Under the pieces are notes generated by a model that was given only the letters and a program-made list of their open reading frames with translations, was not told the origin of the DNA and ran no database searches. From an uncultured Clostridia bacterium (GTDB lineage Bacteria > Bacillota > Clostridia > Oscillospirales > CAG-272), in the NCBI GenBank assembly GCA_944392615.1, contig CALXXF010000004.1, forward strand, positions 5,429 to 69,428: DNA of 64,000 bases, read 5' to 3'. Of this stretch, positions 38,448 through 47,740 are shown in pieces; within the stretch, counting starts at the first letter, position 1; every line of letters starts with the position of its first letter. The translations under genes were made by a program, and so were the position numbers.

Positions 38448-38684
38448 GAAGTAATGACCATGGGGTGGTGGGCGTTTTCGTCGGCTTTTGCATTTTAGAT
38501 GGCGAGTCCGTCTGTCCATACCGCAAAGCGAAGCGAAGCCTGAAATTCGTATAACGTGAAGAAATGGAAAGAGCAGTCTTCCGCATGGACTGTAACCGGA
38601 TGTCACGTTGTTCGCGGCGGTCAGGTCATTGACGAGTTTCAAACAATATTTTCATCATTTCCAAATTACCGGAGGTATTTCTGT
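38448..38684 (+). promoter_or_regulatory. Leader of about 237 nt of unknown class upstream of the secreted beta-helix repeat protein
   Basis: This is the distance from the predicted TSS to the ATG at 38685. Local helices include AACGTGA (38553-38559)/TCACGTT (38603-38609) and GTCCAT (38514-38519)/ATGGAC (38585-38590). I see no terminator and recognise no riboswitch core. Confidence 0.35.
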
Positions 38685-40787
38685 ATGAAAAGTAAAAAAT
38701 GGCGTATAGCGGCGCTTGCTTTTTTGGCAGTAGTTGTTGTCGTCGCGTCTTTTTCTTTTGCCGCAACCTCGTTTGCTGCAGAGCCGGCTCTTGAGACCGA
38801 CAGTGACGGATACTACAAGATAGAGAGTGCCGACGACCTCATTGAGTTCAGAAACAATTATTATGACGGAATAAAGGGAAGGCTCTATGCCGATATCGAC
38901 ATGTCCGGCAAGGAGTTCACTCCCTTTGAAAAAGCGATATTCTACTTTGATGGAAACGGTAAAACTATCTCCAATCTCAGCCGCACTTATGAAGGTGACG
39001 GTAATATAGGACTGTTTATCGATACCGCTTCAAACGGAAATATGGTGAATTCAAACATAACCGACATAAACTTCAAGAATTGCTCCCTCACCGTCAAGAT
39101 AAGCGGTACGAACGAGAGCAAGGTCGGTATAGTCGCCGGTATGGCAGACAGAGCAGCTGTTACCGGATGTACGTTTGACAATGTTACCCTCAAGGTCACC
39201 GGCAGCGACAGCGTGAACACATACGTCGGTATGGTATGCGGACGCGCTGACTGGGGCTATGATGCAGGGAAAATTCCGGTTAACGGCGTTGTAAAAAGCA
39301 ACTGTTCAATAACTGCAACAGGCTCCATGACGTATGCGGCAGGAATAGTCGGAGCTCACAGCGGCGACTTGCTCGAAATAATAGGAGCAAAGGTCGATTG
39401 TACAATAGACGCTCCCAATAAGGCTGCGTATGTTTATCAGCTCTGGAACACGGCTCTGATCGGTTCCTGCACCACTACTACCGGACTTCCCGCTACGAAT
39501 TTCCCGGACAAGGTCATGACCATATATACTGTCAATACCACCGATGAGCTCGACGCTTTGATCGCAAAGCTGAACGACGGTACGTATGACAGGATTTCTA
39601 CATGGATAACTCTTGGCGCAGACCTTGATTACACCGGCAAGACGTTCACTCCCATCAGTCCGGCCGGCGGATATGTCGGTACGTTTGAAGGCGGCGGACA
39701 CACCATAAAGGGCATAGAGCTCACATATGACGATGTTCAGAGCGGAAACTACGGTCTGCTTATAAACAACCTTTCAAACTCCAATGCCTACGGCAAGATA
39801 TACAACCTCACGCTTGAGAACTGTTCAATAACCGTTAATGCGGCAGACGGGGCTTCGGACGTGACCGTTGGAGGTTTTACGGGAAAGCAGGACAGAGGAT
39901 ACATTGAAAACTGCCATCTCGTAAATGTCACCATTGAGATGAACGGGGAATTCTCCGGCATTTCTTCTGCCGGCGGTATAACTGGTCACGGTGAGTGGGC
40001 TTGCGACGGACGTGTCGGAATAATCAACTGCACCACCGACGCAGCCTCTTCTGTAACAACCAACGGCAGTACGGTCTGTGCAGGCGGTATCCTCGGTTCC
40101 TTCAAGTGGGACGACAGGCTTGATATAAACGGCTGTAAGAACTACGCCTCAGTGAGCAGTGCTTATGTCGCCGGAGGAATCGTCGGCAACATGATCGACG
40201 CAAAGTCGGCAGACAACGGCATTTATAACAGCGTAAGCGCCGGTCCTGTGAATGCCTCCGTGGCAGGCGGCTTCATAGGCAATTTCGTAGGCAATGCAGT
40301 CAAGATCGAAAACAGCATCTGCACCGCTCTCATAACCGGAGATACGACGGATACATTCTGCGCATCCTCTTCCGGAACATGCACGACAGACAACGGAAAT
40401 ACCGATAATGCGATATTCAATCCGCTGTCCGCCGACACATTTGCGGCATATATGCAAACCGCTACTGGTGATATCACCGGCGGAAAACTCAGAGTTGTTA
40501 TCGTAGCCAACTACGCCAAGATGATAAAGAACAGCGCTGTCAATGTCTCAATAAAATTTGAGCTTAGTGACGGCAGCACGAAGACCCACTCCGGAAAGTT
40601 CAGCACAGGAGTACAGGATTTTGAGCTTTTCAGAGAGGTCTCTGCAGGAAGCGAAGTGTTTGAGGCAGCTGACGGAAACGTGATGTTCGGTGCGGTGTAC
40701 ACAGGCGTTCCTTTCTCGGAGCTTGAGTCTGTTACCGTCACAATAACCGACGGCTCAGGAACAGAGCTGTATAAGGCACAGGCTTGA
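38685..40787 (+). CDS. Secreted repeat protein with GLUG-like beta-helix repeats (putative surface/adhesin-like protein)
   Basis: Signal peptide MKSKKWRIAALAFLAVVVVVASFSFAATSFAAEP. Recurring motifs of the xxGG(I/F)xG type (VGIVAGM, AAGIVGA, VGGFTGK, AGGITGH, AGGILGS, AGGIVGN, AGGFIGN). Two homologous N-terminal modules are visible (ADDLIEFRNN...GKEFTPF versus TDELDALIAK...GKTFTPI). GGAGG RBS. Confidence 0.7.
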   Translation: MKSKKWRIAALAFLAVVVVVASFSFAATSFAAEPALETDSDGYYKIESADDLIEFRNNYYDGIKGRLYADIDMSGKEFTPFEKAIFYFDGNGKTISNLSRTYEGDGNIGLFIDTASNGNMVNSNITDINFKNCSLTVKISGTNESKVGIVAGMADRAAVTGCTFDNVTLKVTGSDSVNTYVGMVCGRADWGYDAGKIPVNGVVKSNCSITATGSMTYAAGIVGAHSGDLLEIIGAKVDCTIDAPNKAAYVYQLWNTALIGSCTTTTGLPATNFPDKVMTIYTVNTTDELDALIAKLNDGTYDRISTWITLGADLDYTGKTFTPISPAGGYVGTFEGGGHTIKGIELTYDDVQSGNYGLLINNLSNSNAYGKIYNLTLENCSITVNAADGASDVTVGGFTGKQDRGYIENCHLVNVTIEMNGEFSGISSAGGITGHGEWACDGRVGIINCTTDAASSVTTNGSTVCAGGILGSFKWDDRLDINGCKNYASVSSAYVAGGIVGNMIDAKSADNGIYNSVSAGPVNASVAGGFIGNFVGNAVKIENSICTALITGDTTDTFCASSSGTCTTDNGNTDNAIFNPLSADTFAAYMQTATGDITGGKLRVVIVANYAKMIKNSAVNVSIKFELSDGSTKTHSGKFSTGVQDFELFREVSAGSEVFEAADGNVMFGAVYTGVPFSELESVTVTITDGSGTELYKAQA

Positions 40788-40912
40788 CCGATGATTTTGC
40801 TTTCGGGCATTGCGGATTACTCTGAGACGGCTGTTTACGTGTGAGTGCCGGAATCAGAGAGCTTTTGGCAGAATATTAAAGAGTGTTCATACCACATAAT
40901 CATTGCGTGATT

Positions 40913-40946
40913 AAAAATCCGGACGGCTGCCGCCGTCCGGATTTTT
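40913..40946. terminator. Bidirectional rho-independent terminator
   Basis: AAAAATCCGGACGGC-TGCC-GCCGTCCGGATTTTT. Confidence 0.85.
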
Positions 40947-41057
40947 ATACAGCCATTCTCATGCCGTGTACGTGAGTTTTATCTCACGAGGCGCGAGGTT
41001 TTTATGCATAAAAGCATGGTCAGAAAGTAGCGGCAATATGCTTTTGAGTGACGCTTA

Positions 41058-41086
41058 TTGACAAAGTTGCAAAAAAAATGTATAAT
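41058..41086 (+). promoter_or_regulatory. Consensus sigma-A promoter of the PfkB-like/hydrolase-like operon
   Basis: TTGACA (41058-41063), a 17-bp spacer, then TATAAT (41081-41086). Confidence 0.75.
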
Positions 41087-41204
41087 TATCGCGTATATAA
41101 AATTTGTCACCGTAGTCGGGACGCTTTTTCAGACCTTTGTGCGCGATAGATTGAGTTGCCCGTATATCCGCTTATTATGAAATAACTGATTCGGGGGGGA
41201 GATA

Positions 41205-42140
41205 ATGAAGCCAAAACTTTTGATTGTGGGAGATGTCGGAATTGAGATAATATGCGAGCTCCGGCATATGCCTGAACCCGCCGAAGTGCTTGCGGAAGAT
41301 AAATATTCATTTCTTCCGGGTGCCGAGGCAGGCAATTCCGCCCTTTGTGCAGATGGACTCGGTGTTTCCGCTCAGTTGTGCTCAAGGGTAGGCAAGGACG
41401 GTAATGCGGCAAGACTGAGATCGTTCTTCTATGAAAACAACATAGATACAGGTACGATATTCACGGACAGCTCTGCTCAGACTGCACTTACCGTATATCT
41501 CTCTGACACATCCCGGGCCAGCGTCAGGACGATTGAATACAGGGCCGCCGCGTCAAAGCTCTGTACGCAGGATGTAGACACGGCTTTGGAAGGCGCTGCG
41601 GACATGGTCCTTGTGCTGAAAAACACATCGGCGCCGGTTTGCGTACATATCGCTCAGCGTGCTTCTTCTCTTGGCATACCTGTATTTTTTGAGGCGTCAT
41701 GTGAAGGGCTGTCCGCTCTTGAGGAGGCGTCTGCTCAGGGAATAGAGTTTATTTACGCGGACAGCGATACTTTTGAGAACTATACGGGTATACATACAAG
41801 AGATGTAGAGCACTGTCTTAAGTGTTGCCTTGCCGTTGAGCAGAAGGTAAAGTCACACTTCTACATAATAAGGATAAAAAACAGAGGCCTTTTCGTGTAC
41901 GACGGAAAATTTTACAATATAGTTTCTGCGACAGATCTCAGCGAAGCTTATGTAAAATGTGGTTTTGCTGACATAGAGGTGGCAGCGCTCGCCTCTGAAT
42001 ATCTGGTATCTGAGGATATCGTAAGGTCGTGCAGAGTTGCTGAAATCGCTGATAAAATTGCAAGACAGTCTGCAACAGTGAGAATACCGTCGAGAGAAAT
42101 AATAGAGAGCTTTGCTTTGGAAAACGATATAGACCTCTGA
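41205..42140 (+). CDS. PfkB/ribokinase-fold protein with degenerate catalytic motifs
   Basis: The N-terminal half aligns by eye with ribokinases (LLIVGDVGIEI...GAEAGNSA...SRVGKDGNA). The expected GG dipeptide, NxxE and DTxGAGD motifs are not recognisable; the region reads ATDLSEAYVKCGFAD instead. Confidence 0.65.
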   Translation: MKPKLLIVGDVGIEIICELRHMPEPAEVLAEDKYSFLPGAEAGNSALCADGLGVSAQLCSRVGKDGNAARLRSFFYENNIDTGTIFTDSSAQTALTVYLSDTSRASVRTIEYRAAASKLCTQDVDTALEGAADMVLVLKNTSAPVCVHIAQRASSLGIPVFFEASCEGLSALEEASAQGIEFIYADSDTFENYTGIHTRDVEHCLKCCLAVEQKVKSHFYIIRIKNRGLFVYDGKFYNIVSATDLSEAYVKCGFADIEVAALASEYLVSEDIVRSCRVAEIADKIARQSATVRIPSREIIESFALENDIDL

Positions 42141-42150
42141 GGGAAATGAT

Positions 42151-43074
42151 ATGAAAATTCTTGAAAATACCATTTCATTTGCAACATCGGACGGGCTCTC
42201 CGAAATTGACGTCAGAAGATTCACCCCTGTCGAATCCGCCGCTTGCGGTATAGTCTTGTTTATACACGGTGAGGGTGGCTTCACACGGTATTGTAAAGAG
42301 GCGGCTGAACTGTTCTGCCGTGCCGGATACGTGGTGTTTGCCCCTGAACTTCTGCTGGACGGCAAGACGGCACTGAAACGCATCAGAGGCAACGCACCCG
42401 CAACTGCTGCAGGCGAATACCTTGCAAGTGATGTTCTGGATGTGCTCGGCAGGATAAGAGCCAAATACAGAAATCTTCCTCTTTTTCTGTGCGGGGTGGG
42501 TACAGGAGCTCTTATAGCTCAGATCGTGATGGCTGAATGCGCTGAGAAAGCGGACGGCGCGGTCTTTGTCGCACCTTTGCGCAGAGGACATGCAGGATTT
42601 CTGAAGGAACGTTCGTTTTACGGCAGTATTGCAAAGGCGAAAGACGGATTCAGCATAAAGACAGAGCGTATTTTTTTTGAGACGACCGCTGGGAAGGGCG
42701 CTTGTGCCGGGAACAAGGAAAATACATACCCCGGACTTCCTGCCGCTGTTTACGGATATTTTTATCGTCTTATGCGCATAGTCGGCTCCCCGGAGTTTCC
42801 CGGCAGGCTTCCAAAGAACAAAGCATATCTCTTTATTGCAGATAAGCGCGATGTACTTTCGGGAAACGGAGCAGATTGCCTTGAAATGACGAATGAGCTT
42901 GCTGAGCTTGATTTTTCTGAAGTGACGTGCAGACTCTATCCCGGCGAAAACATGAGCGACGGAGTGCCGGAACCTTACGGCAGGGACGAGCTTGTCTCAC
43001 AACTTAAAAGCGAGATTGTCGTGTGGCTGAATGAGTGGACAGAAGCGGTTATAGCCGCACGTACGAGCCTATGA
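42151..43074 (+). CDS. Alpha/beta-hydrolase-fold protein (lysophospholipase/MGL-like) lacking a canonical GxSxG nucleophile elbow
   Basis: VLFIHGEGG...GYVVFAP is followed by LFLCGVGTGALIAQ where GHSMGG is expected. Confidence 0.6.
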   Translation: MKILENTISFATSDGLSEIDVRRFTPVESAACGIVLFIHGEGGFTRYCKEAAELFCRAGYVVFAPELLLDGKTALKRIRGNAPATAAGEYLASDVLDVLGRIRAKYRNLPLFLCGVGTGALIAQIVMAECAEKADGAVFVAPLRRGHAGFLKERSFYGSIAKAKDGFSIKTERIFFETTAGKGACAGNKENTYPGLPAAVYGYFYRLMRIVGSPEFPGRLPKNKAYLFIADKRDVLSGNGADCLEMTNELAELDFSEVTCRLYPGENMSDGVPEPYGRDELVSQLKSEIVVWLNEWTEAVIAARTSL

Positions 43075-43228
43075 TTCACACATGGGTATGCATTTCTGCT
43101 TCAGGCAGGTTGTCTTTATAAAGCTTTGAGATACAAACACATGATCTTGCCGTCATTTCCTGCCAACACCGGAAAGGACGGGAGTTAAACCGGATCCATT
43201 TTATCATCATCAGACTCGCAAGTGCTCT

Positions 43229-43744
43229 TTGGTCAATGAGCCTGCTGAGAATGATCTTTCTTTATCGGCATTAATTGCCGTATTGTTGAAACGGGGGATA
43301 ATTATTAACTCAAAAAGGGTTCTCGGAATAGATTACGGAGAGGCGCGTACCGGATTTGCCGTCAGCGACCCGCTCGGAATTATGGCATGCGGGCTTGAAA
43401 CGGTCAGGTCGGGAAAGCCGGAAATGCTCGCCGGGCTTATAGCGGAATATGCGGAAAAGTATGACGCCGGAGTCATTGTGATAGGGAATCCCGTCAATAT
43501 GAACGGGACAGCCGGACCTCGCAGCGAAAGAGCCGCAGAGCTTGCCGCAATGGTTGAAAGAATGTCGGGCAGACATGTCGTCCTTTTCGATGAAAGATGC
43601 ACTACTATGCTTGCGCATAAGATAATGAATGAAACGGACACACGCGGTAAAAAAAGGAAGAAGAATGTGGACACGCTTTCGGCAGAAATAATACTTCAGA
43701 ATTACATGGACAGCGTCAAAAACAGAAAAAATACGGATGCATGA
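43229..43744 (+). CDS. ruvX: Holliday junction resolvase-like nuclease RuvX (YqgF)
   Basis: Core motifs VLGIDYGEARTGFAVSD and LFDERCTT. The start is uncertain: TTG at 43229 in the track, and TTG codons near 43283 would give a typical N-terminus. Confidence 0.8.
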   Translation: MVNEPAENDLSLSALIAVLLKRGIIINSKRVLGIDYGEARTGFAVSDPLGIMACGLETVRSGKPEMLAGLIAEYAEKYDAGVIVIGNPVNMNGTAGPRSERAAELAAMVERMSGRHVVLFDERCTTMLAHKIMNETDTRGKKRKKNVDTLSAEIILQNYMDSVKNRKNTDA

Positions 43745-43754
43745 GCATCCTGAA

Positions 43755-43784
43755 AGAGCCGCCGGGTGACCGCGCGGCTTTTTT
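43755..43784 (+). terminator. Rho-independent terminator after ruvX
   Basis: AGCCGC (43757-43762)/GCGGCT (43774-43779), followed by a T6 run. Confidence 0.6.
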
Positions 43785-44077
43785 ATACCTTTTTCATATT
43801 ATTGCGTCATGGCGTATTTTTTGATGCTTCAGGTCGCATTTCAACTCATGCTGCATGCCGGTTACAGGCTGTTTGGAGGCACGTGAGCACCGGAAAAAAA
43901 GGGGTATAGTCGCTTCTGTCCGATATTCCGGCACGAAGCTTTCTGCAGCTCTATGTTCTGCGTAGTATGCGCCAAAAAAAGGTGGATACAGAATATGCGC
44001 TTTTTTTGTCGGGTCTGTATAATATTTGTTTTAAAGGCAAGAATATTATCAGCAAAACAAAAAAGGAGTAAGGGCAT

Positions 44078-44794
44078 ATGAATTCCAAATTCAAAATGAA
44101 CGAGAAAACGGTTACGACTCTTTTGTACGTAGGCGCCGCCGTTCTTGTCGTGGCTATTCTCTGCGTATCTATCTTTGCTTTTGTAAGCCAGAGCAGGAAA
44201 GAAAAGAATCCTCAGGATACCACGTCAAACGGTGTTGTTACTACGGAACAGATCCCCTCGGACAATGATCCGGTAACGAGCCAGAACGCTCAGGACACAC
44301 AGCCTACACCCGATACAAGTAAAAATACAGAAAACGTATCGGATGACGATCCCGATGAGGTGGTGTTCAGAAACCCCGCCGAGGGTGCCGTGGCAAAGAA
44401 TCACGATACCGAAACTCTTGTTTATTCGGTTACGATGAACGATTACAGAGTCCACTGCGGAGTGGATATAGCTGCCGCTGTCGGAACACCGGTATATTCT
44501 GTCGCAGACGGTACGATAACGAGAATATATGATGACTATCTCATGGGTAAATGCATAGAGATAGATCATGGAAACGGAATCGTATCCTGCTACAAGAATC
44601 TTCAGCCGGAGCTTCCCGAAGGAATTGCGGAGGGCGCCTCGGTGACTTCCGGACAGCTTATAGCCGGAGTCGGCGAAAGTGCTATAATAGAGCAGAGCGA
44701 CGAAGCTCACCTCCATTTTGAAATGATGAAGGACGGGGAGTACGTCAATCCGCTTGATTACCTCGCCTACAATCAAAGCGGCGGAGATATGTGA
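44078..44794 (+). CDS. M23-family metallopeptidase with N-terminal membrane anchor
   Basis: HCGVDIAAAVGTPVYSVADG and HLHFEM motifs. AAGGAG RBS. Confidence 0.85.
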   Translation: MNSKFKMNEKTVTTLLYVGAAVLVVAILCVSIFAFVSQSRKEKNPQDTTSNGVVTTEQIPSDNDPVTSQNAQDTQPTPDTSKNTENVSDDDPDEVVFRNPAEGAVAKNHDTETLVYSVTMNDYRVHCGVDIAAAVGTPVYSVADGTITRIYDDYLMGKCIEIDHGNGIVSCYKNLQPELPEGIAEGASVTSGQLIAGVGESAIIEQSDEAHLHFEMMKDGEYVNPLDYLAYNQSGGDM

Positions 44795-44843
44795 TCGTTT
44801 CAGGCGTTTGTTCTCACGCACTGACCGGGTCACAGCCGTGACG

Positions 44844-44878
44844 GGGACCTGCAGAATATGCAGGTCCCTGTCTTTTTT
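44844..44878 (+). terminator. Rho-independent terminator
   Basis: GGGACCTGCA-GAATA-TGCAGGTCCC followed by TGTCTTTTTT. Confidence 0.85.
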
Positions 44879-45119
44879 ACGCACCAGGAGTGAAATTATC
44901 GCTGCTCATTGTGAAACCATCCTGCCGTCACGCCGCCGCTGTCACCTGTGTCTTTTTCAAAACGCAGTCTAACGATATCTGTGAAAAACAAATGCTGAAA
45001 TTGCCGGAGCATTTTGCTTGCTTGTGCCGGCAGACTTTTTGATAAAAGTATTACTTGACATTTTTCGCCGTTCGGTATATCATATAGCCGTGTTAAGTAG
45101 CTTAGGGGGAATGTGTAAC

Positions 45120-47210
45120 ATGTCAGATTTTGATAAGAAATTTGCTACAAAGGTGTTTTCCGACAGGGTCATGCGTGAGCGACTTACGCCGGGGACTTAT
45201 GAGGAGCTTCACAAGGTTATTTCTGACGGAGGTGAGCTCGATATATCCATTGCCAACGACGTTGCCGAGGCAATGAAGGAGTGGGCAATGGAAAACGGCG
45301 CGACTCACTACACACATTGGTTTCAGCCCATGACCGGAATAACAGCTGAAAAGCACGATGCCTTTATAAAAATTCAGAAGGACGGCAGTGTCATAGCAGA
45401 GTTTTCAGGCAAGAAGCTGATAAAAGGCGAGCCTGATGCGTCTTCATTTCCGTCCGGAGGGTTGAGAGCCACGTTTGAGGCAAGAGGATATACCGCATGG
45501 GATCCCACGTCATACGCTTTTCTCAAATCAAACACGCTTTGCATACCGACGGTTTTCTGTTCTTACAGCGGTCAGGTGCTTGATAAAAAAACTCCGCTGC
45601 TGCGTTCCATAGAAGCTCTTTCTGCCCAGGCGGTCAGGATACTCAGGCTTTTCGGAAAAACAGACGTCACAAGAGTGAATGCCCAGGTGGGAGCGGAACA
45701 GGAGTATTTTCTTATAAGCAAGGAGCTTGCAGCCAAAAGAAGAGATATAACATATACCGGAAGAACACTTTTCGGAGCAAAGCCTCCGAAGGCACAGGAG
45801 CTTGAAGACCATTATTTCGGCTCGCTCAGACCTGAGGTTAAGGAGTTCATGACAGACCTTGACAAAGAGCTATGGGAGCTCGGCATATATGCAAGTACCG
45901 AGCACAATGAGGTCGCTCCTTCCCAGCACGAACTTGCCCCGATCTTTTGCTCCGCAAATATGGCAACGGATCAGAATCAGCTCACAATGGAAATAATGAA
46001 AAAGGTGGCAGACAAACACGGTCTTTGCTGTCTTCTTCACGAAAAGCCCTTTGAGCATATAAACGGGAGCGGCAAGCACAATAACTGGTCACTTTCCACC
46101 AACACCGGTGAAAATCTGTTCAAGCCGGGCAATTCACCGTATGATAATACACAGTTCCTTCTGTTTCTCGCAGCCGTTATAAAGGCTGTGGACGAATATC
46201 AGGATCTTCTGAGGATATCCGTCGCCTCCGCTTCGAACGACCACCGTCTCGGAGCGGCAGAGGCGCCGCCTGCAATAATATCGATATATCTGGGTGATGA
46301 GCTCACTGCAGTTCTCGACGCAATAGCAAAGGGCAAGGAATATTCTGTTGTCAAACGAGGAAAAATGGAAGTCGGAGTAAGCTCGCTTCCGGAATTTGCA
46401 AAAGATACCTCGGACAGAAACAGGACCTCTCCCTTCGCGTTTACGGGAAACAAGTTTGAGTTCAGGATGGTGGGCTCTTCCCAGTCTGTTGCCGACCCGA
46501 ATATGACGCTCAATACTATAATGGCTGACGCGCTTTCCGATTTTGCTGACTTTCTTGAGGCAAACGAGCAAGACGGCGACATCGAAAAAAGGGCGCGGGA
46601 GCTTGTGCGCTCTACGCTCATAGAGCACGGAAGAATAATATTCAACGGAAATAATTACTCGAATGAGTGGACAGAAGAGGCAGAGAGGAGGGGCCTTTGC
46701 AATTACCGCACTGCGGCGGATGCCATACCCCATCTCCGCGACCCCAAAAACATCAAACTCTTTGAAAAGCACAGGATATTCACAGAGGCGGAGATAGACT
46801 CGCGAACCGAAATAATGCTTGAAAATTATTTCAAGGTTGTCAAAATAGAAGCGCAGACAATGCTCGCAATGGTGCGCTGCGATATAATGCCCGCGGTTTA
46901 TTCATATATAGAAAAACTGTCAAAAATGATAATAGACAAGCGCACGGCAGGGCTTCCCGACGGAAGGGAAAACGATACAGCACGCCGTATCTGCGCCGGA
47001 GCGGATGAGCTTTACGACGCAGTCGGAGTCCTTGACAAGGCAATAGCCGGTTCCGATTCACCCGCTGACGCAGAGGCGGCAGCATTTTACATGAAAAACG
47101 AGGTGCTTCCGGCAATGCAGGATGTAAGGGCTGTGTCCGATGCGCTTGAAACAAATATAGGAAGGGAATACTGGCCGTTCCCCGTTTACGGCGACATAAT
47201 ACTTCACTGA
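45120..47210 (+). CDS. glnN: Glutamine synthetase type III (paralog 1)
   Basis: 696 aa. [51 protein letters not shown] and [10 protein letters not shown]. The ATG at 45120 follows AGGGGGA. A TTGACA-17-TATCAT promoter lies at 45055-45083. Confidence 0.9.
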   Translation: MSDFDKKFATKVFSDRVMRERLTPGTYEELHKVISDGGELDISIANDVAEAMKEWAMENGATHYTHWFQPMTGITAEKHDAFIKIQKDGSVIAEFSGKKLIKGEPDASSFPSGGLRATFEARGYTAWDPTSYAFLKSNTLCIPTVFCSYSGQVLDKKTPLLRSIEALSAQAVRILRLFGKTDVTRVNAQVGAEQEYFLISKELAAKRRDITYTGRTLFGAKPPKAQELEDHYFGSLRPEVKEFMTDLDKELWELGIYASTEHNEVAPSQHELAPIFCSANMATDQNQLTMEIMKKVADKHGLCCLLHEKPFEHINGSGKHNNWSLSTNTGENLFKPGNSPYDNTQFLLFLAAVIKAVDEYQDLLRISVASASNDHRLGAAEAPPAIISIYLGDELTAVLDAIAKGKEYSVVKRGKMEVGVSSLPEFAKDTSDRNRTSPFAFTGNKFEFRMVGSSQSVADPNMTLNTIMADALSDFADFLEANEQDGDIEKRARELVRSTLIEHGRIIFNGNNYSNEWTEEAERRGLCNYRTAADAIPHLRDPKNIKLFEKHRIFTEAEIDSRTEIMLENYFKVVKIEAQTMLAMVRCDIMPAVYSYIEKLSKMIIDKRTAGLPDGRENDTARRICAGADELYDAVGVLDKAIAGSDSPADAEAAAFYMKNEVLPAMQDVRAVSDALETNIGREYWPFPVYGDIILH

Positions 47211-47371
47211 TTGCTCCGCCGACGTGATACGCCGCATGCCCTGACTCCGTTTTACGTGCCCGTTAAGTCAGGATGCGGATAAATCCGCAATACGTGCCTT
47301 TTATGCCGGGTCAGATTCTTGCGCACGGCAACCGCACGGCAGATTTTTATGTTTCTGAGCGCGTACATTTC

Positions 47372-47405
47372 AGGAATTTTCAGAACGCCGCACATTTAAA
47401 CATGT
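47372..47405 (+). terminator. Strong hairpin after glnN paralog 1
   Basis: AGAACGCCGCACAT/ATGTGCGGCGTTCT forms a 14-bp perfect stem. The downstream T tract is weak (TTGCGTT...TTTTTTT). Confidence 0.6.
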
Positions 47406-47740
47406 GCGGCGTTCTTGCGTTATGCTGCTTTTTTTCTTAATCTGTTTCGTTCCGAGAGATGCGGTACACAAAAAATATGCCATTCAGAAAAGTTTACCAT
47501 AACAGCCGGGTAAAGCATAAAATCACAGTGCGTGTCAATGCGAAAAAGCAAAGACTGAAATATCCGGATACTTCGTAAAGGAAAAAATTCTCTTAACCTG
47601 TATCCATGGGTCATGGTCCGGATGCAATTTGAGAAAGAATGGTATTTTTACGTAAAACATGATGACGTCGATTGAATAAAGCCTGTCTTCAAGGTCAAAA
47701 ATAGACATGTGAAAATATAAAGCCAACCGGAGGACATCGG

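Noticed and set aside
38500-38545. c-di-GMP-I (GEMM-I) riboswitch suggested by CGCAAAGC
   Set aside because: The companion GGCAAA element, the GNRA-capped P2 hairpin and the P3 receptor helix are not present. A similar 8-mer at about 58205 also lacks them.
38322-38684. SRP RNA (ffs/scRNA), expected downstream of tadA as in many Firmicutes
   Set aside because: The sequence contains GGTCAGGTC but lacks the universal helix-8 core (GGAAGGAAGCAGC with a GNRA loop). No long closing helix is evident.
44999-45032. Shared TGCCGG(C)AGCAT string upstream of both glnN paralogs (also 63295-63310) as a common operator
   Set aside because: Only about 12 nt are shared, the positions relative to the promoters differ, and there is no dyad symmetry. 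It is likely chance.
47672-47702. Sigma-F-type promoter for spoIIR (GAATA-14-GGTCAAAAATA)
   Set aside because: It is only a loose match to the -10 consensus as I remember it, and I cannot verify it by eye.
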